A DNA stretch of 64,000 bases from Synechococcus sp. (GCA_047284725.1 JBJBEO010000001.1:512001-576000), one strand, 5' to 3'. Shown: positions 1 to 11,306, numbered from the stretch's first letter. Notes: generated by a model from the letters alone, not told the origin. Program-made: numbers and translations.

Positions 1-1363
1 CACCGTCCTGGCCCACGCCATGGTGAAGGCTGGTCTCCGCAATGTGGCTGCTGGTGCCAACGCCATCACCCTCAAGAAAGGCATCGATAAGGCCTCGGAT
101 TTCCTGGTCGGCAAGATCAAGGAGAATGCCAAGCCGATCGCTGACAGCAACGCCATCGCTCAGGTGGGCACCATCTCCGCCGGTAATGACGACGAAGTCG
201 GCAAGATGATTGCCGATGCCATGGACAAGGTTGGCAAGGAAGGTGTGATTTCCCTCGAAGAGGGCAAGTCCATGGAGACCGAGCTGGAGGTCACTGAAGG
301 CATGCGCTTCGATAAGGGCTACATCTCCCCTTATTTCGCCACCGACACCGAGCGGATGGAGGCTGTCCTCGATGAGCCCTACATCCTGCTCACCGACAAG
401 AAGATCGGCCTGGTGCAGGACCTGGTCCCCGTACTCGAGCAGATTGCTCGCACCGGCAAGCCCTTGCTGATCATTGCCGAGGACATTGAAAAGGAAGCTC
501 TCGCCACTCTGGTGGTGAATCGTCTGCGTGGTGTTCTCAACGTGGCTGCCGTCAAGGCTCCTGGCTTCGGCGATCGACGCAAGGCCATGCTCGAAGACAT
601 GGCTGTGCTCACCAACGGTCAACTGATCACCGAAGACGCTGGCCTCAAGCTGGAAAACACCAAGCTGGAGATGCTGGGCACGGCCCGTCGCGTCACGATC
701 AACAAGGACACCACCACCATCGTTGCTGAAGGCAACGAGACTGCGGTTGAGGCTCGTTGTGAGCAGATCAAGAAGCAGATGGATGAAACCGATTCCACCT
801 ACGACAAGGAGAAGCTCCAGGAGCGCCTTGCCAAGCTCTCCGGTGGTGTGGCCGTGGTGAAGGTGGGCGCAGCCACCGAAACCGAGATGAAGGACAAGAA
901 GCTTCGCCTCGAGGATGCCATCAATGCCACCAAGGCGGCTGTTGAAGAAGGCATCGTTCCCGGCGGCGGAACCACGCTGGCTCACCTCGCGCCTGCCCTC
1001 GAGGAATGGGCCGCGGGCAATCTCAGCGGTGAGGAGCTCATCGGCGCCAACATCGTTGCTGCGGCGTTGACCGCTCCTCTGATGCGTATCGCCGAGAATG
1101 CAGGCGTGAACGGCGCAGTTGTGGCGGAAAACGTGAAGGCCAAGGCCTTCAGTGAGGGCTACAACGCTGCCAATGGCGAGTACGTCGACATGCTGGATGC
1201 CGGCATCGTGGATCCCGCCAAGGTGACCCGTTCCGGTCTTCAGAATGCTGCTTCAATCGCCGGCATGGTGCTCACCACCGAATGCATCGTGGCTGATCTT
1301 CCAGAGAAGAAGGATGCTGCTCCTGCTGGTGGTGGCATGGGTGGTGGTGACTTCGACTACTGA
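1..1363 (+). CDS. groEL: Chaperonin GroEL (5' truncated by window edge)
   Basis: Motifs [24 protein letters not shown] and C-terminal [10 protein letters not shown]. Confidence 0.98.
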   Translation, partial: TVLAHAMVKAGLRNVAAGANAITLKKGIDKASDFLVGKIKENAKPIADSNAIAQVGTISAGNDDEVGKMIADAMDKVGKEGVISLEEGKSMETELEVTEGMRFDKGYISPYFATDTERMEAVLDEPYILLTDKKIGLVQDLVPVLEQIARTGKPLLIIAEDIEKEALATLVVNRLRGVLNVAAVKAPGFGDRRKAMLEDMAVLTNGQLITEDAGLKLENTKLEMLGTARRVTINKDTTTIVAEGNETAVEARCEQIKKQMDETDSTYDKEKLQERLAKLSGGVAVVKVGAATETEMKDKKLRLEDAINATKAAVEEGIVPGGGTTLAHLAPALEEWAAGNLSGEELIGANIVAAALTAPLMRIAENAGVNGAVVAENVKAKAFSEGYNAANGEYVDMLDAGIVDPAKVTRSGLQNAASIAGMVLTTECIVADLPEKKDAAPAGGGMGGGDFDY

Positions 1364-1385
1364 TCGAGGCACTGTCCCTGACCTC

Positions 1386-1412
1386 AGCCCCCGCGCAAGC
1401 GGGGGCTTTTTT
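1386..1412 (+). terminator. Rho-independent terminator after groEL
   Basis: AGCCCCCGC-GCAA-GCGGGGGCT followed by a T run. Confidence 0.9.
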
Positions 1413-1562
1413 CATGGTTGTTTTGCAAACGAGCGTTTCCCTCACAAGGTCAACGCTTGAACCTGACGCTTGCTGTGATTGTTGGCACGCGGTGTCAGCA
1501 GATCGTTGATGCGTTGACGTGCAATCTGCCCCTTCGGTGACGAAACCCCATTCGCGATGGGA

Positions 1563-1793
1563 TCAGTTCAACCAGCCGGCGCTGAGAATCACCGCCAGGC
1601 TGAGAAAGATCGCCAGGCACGTCCAGGTGATGCGATTGAGAGTCGCCTCTGCGCTGCTGGCGCTCGTGAACATGGAGCTGCCGCTGGCGGCCAATCCCCC
1701 CATGCCGTCGCCCTTGGGGCTGTGGAGCAGCACAAGAAGGATCAGCAGTACGCCACTTCCGATCCAGGTCCAGGAAAGAACGGTGATGAGCAT
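1563..1793 (-). CDS. secG: Preprotein translocase subunit SecG
   Basis: 76 aa, two TM segments, LLHSPKGDGMGG and AEATLNRITW. Confidence 0.95.
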   Translation of the reverse strand: MLITVLSWTWIGSGVLLILLVLLHSPKGDGMGGLAASGSSMFTSASSAEATLNRITWTCLAIFLSLAVILSAGWLN

Positions 1794-1814
1794 CGATGCA
1801 AGAACAGGGTGGGA

Positions 1815-3434
1815 TCAGACTGGCTGAGGAAGCCTGGCGCTGCGGGGCGACGCTGCTTCAATCGGTTCAATCAGGCTGGATCCTGACATGGCTTCGGGTT
1901 TGGGCAGGTCAAGCAGTTGCAACAGAGTGGGGGCGATATCGGCGAGGCCACCATCGTTGCGCAGGCGAATGGCATTACCCAAGCCGGCAACCTTGCGCTT
2001 TTCGCCTTCCACCAAAATCACGGGAACAGGATTGGTGGTGTGGGCTGTCCAGGCCTGCCCATTCGGCCCCTGCATCAGCTCCGCATTGCCATGGTCTGCG
2101 GTGATCAGCAGCGTGCCGCCCATCCTGCCCACAGCGTCAAGTAAACGTCCGATGCAATGGTCAACAGTCTGGATTGCTTCAGTGGCTGCACTCATCACGC
2201 CGGTGTGCCCCACCATGTCTGGATTGGCGTAGTTGATCACCACCAGGGAGTACTGACCTCGTTCGATCGCGGCGATGCAGCTGTCGGTGAGAGCATCAGC
2301 TGACATTGCGGGAGCTTCGTCATAGGTGGCCACCCGAGGGGAAGGCACAAGGTGGCGGTCTTCCCCTTCGAGGGGTTGCTCGATGCCCCCATTGAGGAAG
2401 TAGGTGACGTGGGGGTACTTCTCGGTTTCAGCGGTACGGTACTGCTTCAGACCGTGATCGGAGACCACCTGTCCCAGCAAGTGATCCAGTGACTCTGGGG
2501 GAAAGGCGACCGTGACGGGAAGCCCTGCTTCGTATTGGGTGAAGGTGACCACTTCAAGCTTGGGCTGGTGAGGGCGTTGAAAGCCATCGAAGCTGTCAAC
2601 GGTGATGGCTTGCACCAGCTGACGCGCCCGATCAGGGCGGAAATTGAACATCACCAAGCCATCGCCATCGTTGAAAACGGCATCGGTCAATCGCACCGGC
2701 TCTAGGAACTCATCGGTAACGCCTGCGTCGTAGCTGGCACGCAGTGCGGCTTGTGAATCCAGCCCACACAAGGGCATGGAGGGATCAGTGAGCAAGGTGT
2801 AGGCCTTGAAGGTGCGCTCCCAGCGGTGGTCGCGATCCATTGCCCAGTAACGGCCACACAGGCTGGCGATCTCTCCAACACCACAGCTTTCGATGGCTGC
2901 CTGGACTTGTCGGAGGTAGCCAGGTGCACTGTCCGTTGGGGTATCGCGTCCATCGGTGATGGCGTGGATGGCAATCCGGGGAATGCCCCTGTCTGCAGCC
3001 CAGCGCAAAAGCCCGCACAGGTGGTCGATGTGGCTGTGCACACCGCCGTCTGAGCAAAGCCCGAGCAGGTGGAGGGTTCCTCGATTGCGAATCAGTGACT
3101 GGCCCAGGTCGGTCAGTGCTTGGACGTTGTTCAGCTCGTTGTTGCGAACGGTTTCGGAGATGCGCACCAGTTCCTGGCGGATGATCCGACCGGCCCCAAT
3201 GGTGAGGTGACCCACCTCGGAATTCCCCATTTGCTCGTCTGGAAGGCCAACATGGGCCCCACTAGCCTCGATCAGGCTGTGGGGATAGGCATGCCAGAGG
3301 GCATCCATCACCGGGGTCTTTGCGGTGCGAATGGCGTTGTGGCTGTCCTGGTCGCGGTGACCCCACCCATCGAGGATGGCAAGAACGACTGGGGCAACGG
3401 CTTGAGTGCGAACTCTGCCCATATCACTACTCAT
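1815..3434 (-). CDS. gpmI: 2,3-bisphosphoglycerate-independent phosphoglycerate mutase (start uncertain)
   Basis: [41 protein letters not shown]. Confidence 0.97.
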   Translation of the reverse strand: MSSDMGRVRTQAVAPVVLAILDGWGHRDQDSHNAIRTAKTPVMDALWHAYPHSLIEASGAHVGLPDEQMGNSEVGHLTIGAGRIIRQELVRISETVRNNELNNVQALTDLGQSLIRNRGTLHLLGLCSDGGVHSHIDHLCGLLRWAADRGIPRIAIHAITDGRDTPTDSAPGYLRQVQAAIESCGVGEIASLCGRYWAMDRDHRWERTFKAYTLLTDPSMPLCGLDSQAALRASYDAGVTDEFLEPVRLTDAVFNDGDGLVMFNFRPDRARQLVQAITVDSFDGFQRPHQPKLEVVTFTQYEAGLPVTVAFPPESLDHLLGQVVSDHGLKQYRTAETEKYPHVTYFLNGGIEQPLEGEDRHLVPSPRVATYDEAPAMSADALTDSCIAAIERGQYSLVVINYANPDMVGHTGVMSAATEAIQTVDHCIGRLLDAVGRMGGTLLITADHGNAELMQGPNGQAWTAHTTNPVPVILVEGEKRKVAGLGNAIRLRNDGGLADIAPTLLQLLDLPKPEAMSGSSLIEPIEAASPRSARLPQPV

Positions 3435-3584
3435 CAACGCACAAACTCCTGAGCTATCAGTTCTTAAGAGCTTCTCCATATTTAAGGTACCTCCAAGCCC
3501 TCCGATCGGGGAGCTCTGTTCCTGGGGCCGTCAGCTTTCGCTCACGTCATCGCCAATACACTGAACGGCCTCAGCAACCCAGCC

Positions 3585-4136
3585 ATGGCTGACTCTGCAG
3601 GATCTGAAAGGGTTGAACTTCTGTCTGCTCAGGATCTGAACCGGACCCTCCAGCGGTTGTCCACCCAGGTGCTGGAGTCCGTTGATCGCAGTGAGGATCT
3701 GCTCCTGCTTGGCATCCCTACCCGTGGGGTGCAGTTGGCACGCGTGCTGGCCCGGCAGCTTGAGGCTCTGACCGATCATCCGATCGCCCAGGGAAGCCTT
3801 GATCCCACCTTTCATCGGGATGATCTGGATCGTGTGGGGACGCGCATGGTGCAAGCCACAGACCTGCCGATCAGCGTCGAGGGGCGCGACGTGCTGCTGG
3901 TTGACGATGTGATCTTCACGGGACGCACCATTCGCGCGGCTTTGGAGGCCATTCAAGCCTGGGGCCGTCCACGGAGGGTGATGCTGCTTGCGATGGTCGA
4001 CCGTGGCCATCGTGAACTACCGATCCAGCCTGACTTTTGCGGCAGAAACGTTCCCACGCGCAGAAGCGAGACCATCGAACTGCGCCTCAAGGATCTTGAT
4101 GGTGAAGAGGGCGTTTATCTCCGTCGCGACGCTTGA
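3585..4136 (+). CDS. pyrR: Pyrimidine regulatory protein / uracil phosphoribosyltransferase PyrR
   Basis: LLVDDVIFTGRTIRAA and DRGHRELPIQPD. Confidence 0.95.
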   Translation: MADSAGSERVELLSAQDLNRTLQRLSTQVLESVDRSEDLLLLGIPTRGVQLARVLARQLEALTDHPIAQGSLDPTFHRDDLDRVGTRMVQATDLPISVEGRDVLLVDDVIFTGRTIRAALEAIQAWGRPRRVMLLAMVDRGHRELPIQPDFCGRNVPTRRSETIELRLKDLDGEEGVYLRRDA

Positions 4137-4158
4137 TGCCCTCGCAAGAGGGGTGGCC

Positions 4159-4380
4159 TCAGTTCGTGGCGTTCAGCTCATCGCTGCGGAAATGGGCTTT
4201 GTAGCGTCCAAACGCCACAATCACGGGCAGGGTCGGGCTGATGGGCTTGCCTTTCCAGTCGTTGAGCACAGTCACCACTTCACCGTTGCTGCCCTGCATG
4301 TCAAAGGCTTCGCCCCGATGCTCCGGATGGTTGAACACCACAACGTTGGCCGACACCACCACTTTGTCTCCGGGTTGCAT
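4159..4380 (-). CDS. ftrV: Ferredoxin-thioredoxin reductase variable chain
   Basis: MQPGDKVVV..VFNHPEHRGEAFDMQG..WKGKPISPTLP..KAHFRSDEL; start re-called to the ATG at 4380. Confidence 0.85.
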   Translation of the reverse strand: MQPGDKVVVSANVVVFNHPEHRGEAFDMQGSNGEVVTVLNDWKGKPISPTLPVIVAFGRYKAHFRSDELNATN

Positions 4381-4432
4381 GAGCCACTGCATTGCTGGCG
4401 GCAATTGTGTCATGCGTGCAGGGGACGTCGTC

Positions 4433-5275
4433 CTAGAGGCGGCGACACAAACTCTCGGGACCTTCTTCCTCAACCTGTCCACCCACGTCTTCGCATCCGC
4501 GCACAAAGGCTTGCCAGGGTTCCATTCCTTCAGCAAGGCGTTGTTGAACGGCTTTGTTGAGGGCGGCCTGGGGGACTGCTCGGGCAGGGAGAGAGCCATG
4601 ACTGTGATGTTCCTCAGAGTCTCTGAGGGCATCAATCGCCATTTCGATCGTGTTCCTGAGTGACGTCGCCTTGCTTTGCCACCAGGGGTGGTCCATTCGA
4701 TTGAGCACCGCCAAGGCTTCCCACCAGCGCTTCTGTTTCACCAAGTCGGCGAGGCGCTGGTGATCGAGCTGATTCCGATTCCAGGTTTCCCTGAGGCTGT
4801 CACTCAGGCGTTCCCCTCGCTGACGGATGCTTCTCTCAACGGGTTCAAGCACCAGAAGGGCTGCTTTGAGATCTCCCTCCTTGAACAGACTGAGAGCCTG
4901 ATTCTCCAGCTGATCACGCCAGTGGTTCAGGCGCCGGAGATCGTCTTGCTGCTCATCCGCTGATCCGATGCCGGCATTGACAAGTTGCTCCTGGAGCCGA
5001 AGAGCGTCGGCATGACGCTGGTTCTGCCAAGCCTCCAGGGCGGCACGTCTGCGGCAGATGGCTTGCTCTTCGGGTATGTGCCGACCGAGCCATCGCAGGG
5101 CTGCGAGCTGCTGGCCGTAGGACAGGCAGGCTGCGTGGTCACCGTCGCGCACGGCCGTGGCCAGTCGTTCCGGCAGTTGGCGTTCCCACCAGTAAGCCAA
5201 GCCGCAAAGCATCGCCACACCACCAAGGGTGATGCTCAACCAGTAGCGGGGTAGCGAGTGGCGACGCAGCGCCAA
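4433..5275 (-). CDS. Conserved hypothetical membrane-anchored helical protein
   Basis: 280 aa ORF with an N-terminal TM segment, co-oriented with neighbours. Confidence 0.75.
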   Translation of the reverse strand: MALRRHSLPRYWLSITLGGVAMLCGLAYWWERQLPERLATAVRDGDHAACLSYGQQLAALRWLGRHIPEEQAICRRRAALEAWQNQRHADALRLQEQLVNAGIGSADEQQDDLRRLNHWRDQLENQALSLFKEGDLKAALLVLEPVERSIRQRGERLSDSLRETWNRNQLDHQRLADLVKQKRWWEALAVLNRMDHPWWQSKATSLRNTIEMAIDALRDSEEHHSHGSLPARAVPQAALNKAVQQRLAEGMEPWQAFVRGCEDVGGQVEEEGPESLCRRL

Positions 5276-5375
5276 TGTGGTTTGAAAACAACAACGACTT
5301 CTTTCTATGGACGTGTCAGCGTCTTCTCACGCTGTTGTGGACGGACCTTGCACCGCCCCGCCGTGGTCGCTTTCG

Positions 5376-7043
5376 CTAGCGGACACGACCCAAGCGGCTG
5401 CTGTTGATCGCCTCGCCAGTGCGGAGGTCTTCTCCCTCCATCACCAGTTCGGCGTCTTCATCCAAACGGAAACGCAGTTTCAGGCAGTCCTCGCCTGGGC
5501 TGCCTGCAGGGGACAGAGGTACGCGGATGCATTGGGTGTCGAGCTGTCTGACCTGTGCTGAGGCGGCAGTGTCCCGCAGGGTGGGAAGTCCGTTCACAAA
5601 CACGACCTCGTGATGGCTGCGGTTGTCGGGTTCGCCCAGCACCAGATCGATCCCCCGTTGATCGTTTTCTGCCGCGGCCAGCACAAGGGTGAGGGGGGTG
5701 TCTGACGGCCAGGGCTGCCCAGCGATGAACAGAGGATGCCAGTGATGGTTTGATGTGCGGCGGTCCCAGCAGCGCAAGGCGATGCCACGCTGCAGGACAT
5801 CGCGCACGCGCACTCCTGGGGTGAGGCTCAGTGCGCCAGCCGCAACGGCTTCAACCGGAGGGGCCTCCAGCAGAGGGACGTTTCCGATTCTTTGAAACAG
5901 CCAATCCCGCAACAGAAGCAGCTGGGCTCCACCTCCCACAGGCAACACGCCCTGCAGGTTGTCCAGCTGGCATCCATGCTGACGTGCGCCGGCAAGGGTT
6001 TGTTCCAACAGGTCATCCAGCGCCGTCAGCAGGCCTTGATCCACCAGAAGTCTTTCCAGATGTCGGCGATCGAGGCGTAATTCCTTGGCTGGACCATTGG
6101 TCGAGGGAACCAGCTCCATCAGGGCTGTGTCAGGAGCCAGCTCAGGGTCGTTGAGGCGGCATTTCAAGCGTTCTGCGGCATTCAGGGCCGCTGCAGATGG
6201 CTGTTGCTTCGACGTCTGGTCTTGGGATGCCCGTTGCTCGCCAGTGGTTGACGGGGAGGTTGGCAGCCATTGGTTCACAATCCAGTGGTCAAGATCGCGG
6301 CCGCCAAGAGTGAGCCCCGCTTTGCCCAGGACCCTGGCGTTGCGCAGGCTTTGTTGACTGTTCGCCAGGTTTCGTCCTCCGAAGCGGAGCAGCTGTGCCA
6401 GTGGGGCTGCACGCCCTTCGCCCCCCTCAAGAGCCACGATCGAAAGGTCGATCGTGCTGCCACCCATGTCAACCACCAGCAATTTGGAGCCCGGGCTCAG
6501 ACCGGCGCCAAGGGCGGCGGCTGTTGGCTCATCGACCAACGCCACTTCCTCAACGGGAAGTGCTTCGCAGGCCTGCAGGAGCCACTGCCGGTAGCCTCGG
6601 TAGTGATCAACCGGCGCGGTCAGCACCAGCCGTTCGATGCTGATCTCCTGGGGTAGACGTTGCCAGATCTGCAATAACAACGTTTCTGCGGCAGCTTCAG
6701 CGCTGAGGCTTTGTCGGAGGGGTGTCCCCCCCGAGGGAGCGCCGATCAGGCGTTTGAAATCCCGAAGCAACTGAGGCGCATCACTATCTGCAAGGCCAGC
6801 ATCGAGCACCTGGCGGCCCACCAGAGGGTTGGGATCTGTGCTGCTTTGACTCCAGAGCAGGCTGGGGATTTGGCCTGGCTGTCGACAAATCGACTCGAGG
6901 TTCAGCAGTTCAGGTTGTTTCGCCTCTCTGGCTTGAAAGGCCACAACCGTTGTGGTGCTGCCCAGGTCAATGGCCAGCGTTCCGGGTGTGCCCTCTGAAA
7001 TCTGAAGGTTTTGTTCGTCCGTCGGGACCTGATCCAACGCCAT
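5376..7043 (-). CDS. Hsp70/DnaK-like family protein
   Basis: AIDLGSTTT, DEPTAAAL, VDMGGSTIDLS, LGGRDLD, VGGGAQ. Confidence 0.9.
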   Translation of the reverse strand: MALDQVPTDEQNLQISEGTPGTLAIDLGSTTTVVAFQAREAKQPELLNLESICRQPGQIPSLLWSQSSTDPNPLVGRQVLDAGLADSDAPQLLRDFKRLIGAPSGGTPLRQSLSAEAAAETLLLQIWQRLPQEISIERLVLTAPVDHYRGYRQWLLQACEALPVEEVALVDEPTAAALGAGLSPGSKLLVVDMGGSTIDLSIVALEGGEGRAAPLAQLLRFGGRNLANSQQSLRNARVLGKAGLTLGGRDLDHWIVNQWLPTSPSTTGEQRASQDQTSKQQPSAAALNAAERLKCRLNDPELAPDTALMELVPSTNGPAKELRLDRRHLERLLVDQGLLTALDDLLEQTLAGARQHGCQLDNLQGVLPVGGGAQLLLLRDWLFQRIGNVPLLEAPPVEAVAAGALSLTPGVRVRDVLQRGIALRCWDRRTSNHHWHPLFIAGQPWPSDTPLTLVLAAAENDQRGIDLVLGEPDNRSHHEVVFVNGLPTLRDTAASAQVRQLDTQCIRVPLSPAGSPGEDCLKLRFRLDEDAELVMEGEDLRTGEAINSSRLGRVR

Positions 7044-7081
7044 GGGCAGGTTGGAGGAACGATGAGGTTAGGGGAATTGAA

Positions 7082-7366
7082 ATGGATCGCCTGCAGCGCT
7101 TGGTGTGGTCCTATTACCGGGAAGAGCCCCATCTCCAGGCTTGTTTAGAGCCCCTGCTCGATTGCCGACTGTCCCGCAGCTGGGGCAGCATCCGGATCGA
7201 GTGCCTCCATGCTGGTCATCTTGAGGAGATCAGTGGGCTCCTAACCCTTGTGCGCCATCCCTTGGTGGCGATGGGGATGGGACGCCAGATTGTCCTGAGG
7301 GTCCCCGGGCGTCTTCAGCGCACCTATCCGATGCATGTGCCATTCACCAGCGACATGCTCACTTAA
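7082..7366 (+). CDS. Conserved hypothetical protein
   Basis: MDRLQRLVWSYYREE... ORF upstream of rpoZ. Confidence 0.7.
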   Translation: MDRLQRLVWSYYREEPHLQACLEPLLDCRLSRSWGSIRIECLHAGHLEEISGLLTLVRHPLVAMGMGRQIVLRVPGRLQRTYPMHVPFTSDMLT

Positions 7367-7392
7367 GATTCTGATCTTCTGCTAGGAAACGC

Positions 7393-7620
7393 GTGATCGG
7401 TGTGGGCACGGATTCCCAAGACTTGGCCAAGCGTGGCGAAAGTCTGATTCGTCACTCCAGCAACAGATACCTCACAACGGTTCGTATCGCTTTCCGAGCC
7501 AAGCAGCGTCGCTTTGACGATTTCGATGGCCTTCTGGAGGAATCGAGCGTGAAACCAGTACAGCGCGCCATCATCGAGCTCAGCGATGAGCAAGACCAGC
7601 CAGATCTGCTGCCTGGATGA
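7393..7620 (+). CDS. rpoZ: RNA polymerase omega subunit (cyanobacterial type)
   Basis: [19 protein letters not shown]...[13 protein letters not shown]. Confidence 0.9.
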   Translation: MIGVGTDSQDLAKRGESLIRHSSNRYLTTVRIAFRAKQRRFDDFDGLLEESSVKPVQRAIIELSDEQDQPDLLPG

Positions 7621-8003
7621 TCCAGCAGGAAGGGCCTGGTTGGCGCCTGGCCCTCGACCCCAGTCGCTCAGAGTTCTCCACCCTGATCGGTGGAGATGGA
7701 TGGGCGTTTGAGCTGACCGAGAGAGAGTGGAAGGGTCTGGTGGCCCTGCTCTCGGAGTTGCTAACGCAGCACCAGAGCCTGCACAACCAGCTCATGGCGG
7801 AGGAAGCGATTGAGCTTGAGATGGAGCGGCAGGGCTGGTGGGGATGTCTGACAGGTGATCGCCGGAGTTGGGGACTGCATGTTGTCCTTCAAGGCTCCTC
7901 GGGCTGCCGGGGTGCGGAGGGATATTGGCCTGCACCAGCCGCACAAGCGTTTGCATCAGCGATGAGAACGGCTTGCGATTGCCCCCTTGATAAGCAGGGC
8001 TGA
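7617..8003 (+). CDS. DUF1818-like conserved cyanobacterial protein
   Basis: [32 protein letters not shown]. Confidence 0.8.
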   Translation: MIQQEGPGWRLALDPSRSEFSTLIGGDGWAFELTEREWKGLVALLSELLTQHQSLHNQLMAEEAIELEMERQGWWGCLTGDRRSWGLHVVLQGSSGCRGAEGYWPAPAAQAFASAMRTACDCPLDKQG

Positions 8004-8044
8004 TCAAAAGCTGCTTATTGATTTTCCCCTGGCGGCCTTGGGGG

Positions 8045-8276
8045 TCTTGCACAGGTTTTCCACAAGGCCTGGGTCTGGATCGCTCTTGGTGGCTGTTTCT
8101 GTGGAAAAGATCGGGTCGGGAGTGGCGGCTCGTGACGCTTCAGCCTCTGCTTGGTAAGGGTGTGTGGAATCTGCATTCGCTGTGTTGGAAGGGCTTCAGC
8201 ACTGAAGTCTTGGATGGAGACTGTTGGGATCGGGGCTTCTGCGTCTTGCTTGACGTTCGTTGCTGGGTGTGGAGAA
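8045..8276. promoter_or_regulatory. Cluster of DnaA-box-like 9-mers
   Basis: TTTTCCACA 8056-8064, TGTGGAAAA 8100-8108, near matches at 8045, 8163 and 8268. Confidence 0.55.
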
Positions 8277-8302
8277 CTAGTAGGCATTGAGGGGATTTAG
8301 TC

Positions 8303-8611
8303 ATGCAGGGTGTGCAATCCGCCGAGCAAGTCGAGCTGTGTGCTTCTGTGCTTTCCGGTCATGCGTCGCAACAGGAAACGGTCTCTGAGGTTGGTGCCGA
8401 CGCGGTGGTGAGCTTCCATGCCGAACTTCCCGAGTCCCTTCAGCAGGCGATGACCGCGTTCATCGAGCGCTATCCGAACTGGGATCAGTACCGGCTGGTT
8501 CAGGCTGCATTGGCGGGATTTCTTGTGCAGAACGGGATCGAGTCCCGTGAGATCACCCGTCTTTACGTCGGCAACATGTTTCGCCGTCAGTCTCTGCTTC
8601 AGGGCGTCTGA
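8303..8611 (+). CDS. DUF2811-like conserved protein
   Basis: AELPESLQQAMTAFIERYPNWDQYRLVQAALAGFLVQNG. Confidence 0.85.
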   Translation: MQGVQSAEQVELCASVLSGHASQQETVSEVGADAVVSFHAELPESLQQAMTAFIERYPNWDQYRLVQAALAGFLVQNGIESREITRLYVGNMFRRQSLLQGV

Positions 8612-9297
8612 GTCCTGCAACTGGCCATCAAGACCATGCCGCTGAGAGGGAGGCTGAGCAACAGCCCAAGGCAGGCTCCCATCAGGCCGAGAAGGTTGAG
8701 CCCGACCAGTAGCCCAGCGAGGGCAAGTACTTTGACGAGGTTGTGTCTTGTCAAGCTGCGGCTGTGCTGCATGGCAGCGAGTGGTTGATGGCCGTGATGG
8801 ATCATCAAAGGCAAGGCCAGGAGTTGGCTCAACGCCCAGGTCAGCAAGATGCCGCTGCCGATGGTGGCGCTGAGGGCGGCCAAGACCCCACTGTGTTTGA
8901 TCAGCAGATTGAAGACGCCGCGAATCGTGGTGGCTCCTCCCAGGAGAATCATGGTCTCCATGACCACCAGCGCCAGTGATTGGCGCAGTATCCAGGGCAA
9001 TGGCCTTTCTGCTTTCAGCGGTGTATCCGCGGCGGTTCCTGAGAGGAGGTTGTCAGCCAGGCGCAGCAAGGCCAGAAGAGGTAGGAGTGGCGTCGCAAAC
9101 GACAGCAGCCAAAGTGCATCGCCGCCATGACGCATCCATGGGTTGGTGCTTGCCTGTAATTCCGCGGCGAGCAGGCCGAGACCTGTTGCACTCGAGAGGG
9201 CCACGGCAGTGAGACCAATACAGCGCCATGGTCCTCTGCAGAACCCCATCCAGGCGAGTGGAAGAATGGAGCTGAGGCGAAGGCGTTCCGCAGCCAT
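8599..9297 (-). CDS. Hypothetical integral membrane protein
   Basis: 232 aa with several hydrophobic segments. Confidence 0.75.
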   Translation of the reverse strand: MAAERLRLSSILPLAWMGFCRGPWRCIGLTAVALSSATGLGLLAAELQASTNPWMRHGGDALWLLSFATPLLPLLALLRLADNLLSGTAADTPLKAERPLPWILRQSLALVVMETMILLGGATTIRGVFNLLIKHSGVLAALSATIGSGILLTWALSQLLALPLMIHHGHQPLAAMQHSRSLTRHNLVKVLALAGLLVGLNLLGLMGACLGLLLSLPLSGMVLMASCRTQTP

Positions 9298-9309
9298 GAA
9301 GAGCCTGGT

Positions 9310-9780
9310 TTACTGAAAGGATCCGAGGCGTTCGAGCAGGTCGGCAGCAATGGACTGGCTCACGGGCAGGATGGACAACCTGTTGCCGCGGCGTACGACG
9401 GTCAAGTCTTCGGGGCTGTACGACTGCCTGAGGTCATCCAGCGTGAGCATCTTCGGGTATCTACCGAGGTAGCGAAGGCGTACACAATCCCAGCGTGGAG
9501 ACTCCTTTTTCGACGCGGCATCGTGATATTTGGAGCTTGGGTCGAACTGACTTGGGTCGACGACGCCAAGTTCGCAGACTTCCATCAGCCCAACGATTCC
9601 TGGTGGTTTGCAATTGGAGTGATAGAAAAATGCACGGTCTCCAATGGCCATGGTGCGCATGAAATTGCGCGCCTGATAATTGCGGATTCCATCCCAGAGT
9701 GTGGTTGTCTCTTGTCTGAGATGTTCGATTCCATATACATCTGGCTCGCTTTTCATGAGCCAGTAGTTGGGGGAATCCAT
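9310..9780 (-). CDS. EVE domain protein
   Basis: YWLMKSEP, WDGIRNYQARNFMR, FFYHSNC, RLSILPV. Confidence 0.93.
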   Translation of the reverse strand: MDSPNYWLMKSEPDVYGIEHLRQETTTLWDGIRNYQARNFMRTMAIGDRAFFYHSNCKPPGIVGLMEVCELGVVDPSQFDPSSKYHDAASKKESPRWDCVRLRYLGRYPKMLTLDDLRQSYSPEDLTVVRRGNRLSILPVSQSIAADLLERLGSFQ

Positions 9781-9887
9781 CCTGTTAAATCGCTACGGTT
9801 TCACTTTGAGCCAATGAAATCTAACCCTCGATTCTCCTGAAAGCCGTGGCAAGTCGCATCGATTGCATCAATGCTTCTTGGACGCCT

Positions 9888-11282
9888 TCAGCATCCATCA
9901 ATGCGCGGATGCGTCTGCGCTGCTTTGACCAGGCTTCGAAAATGTTCGCCTCGGGCTTCAAAATCGGAGTACTGATCAAAACTGGCGCAAGCGGGTGACA
10001 GCAGCAAGCAGGCTGCATTTTGCTCGACTCCGATCCGACAGGCGATGTCAAGTGCTTTGTTCAGGTCGTCGGTGACCTGCAGCTTGCCGGTGTAGCCCGA
10101 GGCGCAGATCAGGCCATGGAGCTCCTCGGCGCCATGGCCGAAAAGAACCACACCGCAGGCGCGTTCCCGCAGAAGTTGCAGCCATTCAGTGGCGTCGCCC
10201 TGTTTGGTGGTCCCGCCGGCCAGCACGACGACGGGGGCATCCACTGCGCGCAATCCAACGGCTGCCGCGTCGTAGTTCGTCGCTTTGCTGTCGTTGAACA
10301 CAGCCATCTCCTGCAGGAGTCCCAGTGGCTCCAAGCGATGGGGAACCCCGGAGAAGCTGCGCAGTCCGGCCTCGATGGCGCTTGCGGTCAATCCGGCCTT
10401 CCGGGCGGCGGCAGTGACCAACAGCATGTTCTGGCGGTTGTGATTGCCCGGCAATGCCAAGGCATCTGCTCGGAATAGGCGTTCTCCTTCCGCGCAGACC
10501 CAATCATCAGCATCAATCCACAGGGCACAGGGCACGGGAGGGTTGGCATCTGTACTCACCCAGTTGGCATCTGGCCACGCGCTGTGGTGATCACGCAGAT
10601 CCGGATCGTCAGCATTGAGCACTGCATGGGTGGAGCGCAGCAGCAAGCTCGCTTTGATGGCGCGATAGGCATCCAGAGAGCCATGCCGCTCGAGATGGTC
10701 GGGCGTGAGTGTGGTCCAGATGCCGATGTGTGGAGCAACCTGCTCTGCGGCTTCGATCTGATAACTGCTCATTTCCATCACCACCCAGTCGGGCTGCTTC
10801 TGGGTTGGTGGTTGGCATTGCAGTGCCAGTTCGGCGGCGGAATGGCCCACATTTCCAGCCATCGGTGCCTTCAGTCCTGCATGACTGAGCACGTGATGCA
10901 ACAGATGGGTCACCGTGGTTTTGCCATTGGTGCCGGTGATTCCGATCCAGGGGACGTGGCCAAGTGCGTTCCAGGCAACGGTCATCTCTCCGCAGACAGC
11001 AATGCCTCGACTGCGCAGACCTTGCATCACCGGATGATCCCACGCGATTCCAGGGCTCAGCACCACCTGATCGAGAGGCGCGCCCCAGGTCAGAAAAGGA
11101 TCGGGCACGAGGGAGCATCCCAGTCGCACATCAATGCCCTGCTGCCTCAGGTCTGCTGCGATTCTCTGCTGATGGTCCGCTTCTTGTGACTCAAGAACCG
11201 TGACGTGGTGACCTTGAGACTGGAGCAATCGTGCTGCTCCTATTCCGGATCGTCCAAGGCCGACAACCGCACTGGAAGTCAT
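9888..11282 (-). CDS. murD: UDP-N-acetylmuramoyl-L-alanine--D-glutamate ligase
   Basis: GLGRSG, ITGTNGKTT, NDSKATN, LLSPACASFDQY. Confidence 0.97.
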   Translation of the reverse strand: MTSSAVVGLGRSGIGAARLLQSQGHHVTVLESQEADHQQRIAADLRQQGIDVRLGCSLVPDPFLTWGAPLDQVVLSPGIAWDHPVMQGLRSRGIAVCGEMTVAWNALGHVPWIGITGTNGKTTVTHLLHHVLSHAGLKAPMAGNVGHSAAELALQCQPPTQKQPDWVVMEMSSYQIEAAEQVAPHIGIWTTLTPDHLERHGSLDAYRAIKASLLLRSTHAVLNADDPDLRDHHSAWPDANWVSTDANPPVPCALWIDADDWVCAEGERLFRADALALPGNHNRQNMLLVTAAARKAGLTASAIEAGLRSFSGVPHRLEPLGLLQEMAVFNDSKATNYDAAAVGLRAVDAPVVVLAGGTTKQGDATEWLQLLRERACGVVLFGHGAEELHGLICASGYTGKLQVTDDLNKALDIACRIGVEQNAACLLLSPACASFDQYSDFEARGEHFRSLVKAAQTHPRIDGC

Positions 11283-11306
11283 AAACTGCAGTCCCTGGAA
11301 GGGAAA

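Noticed and set aside
8018..8290. 90-aa ORFs on both strands of the DnaA-box gap
   Set aside because: Implausible composition and no motifs; more likely non-coding
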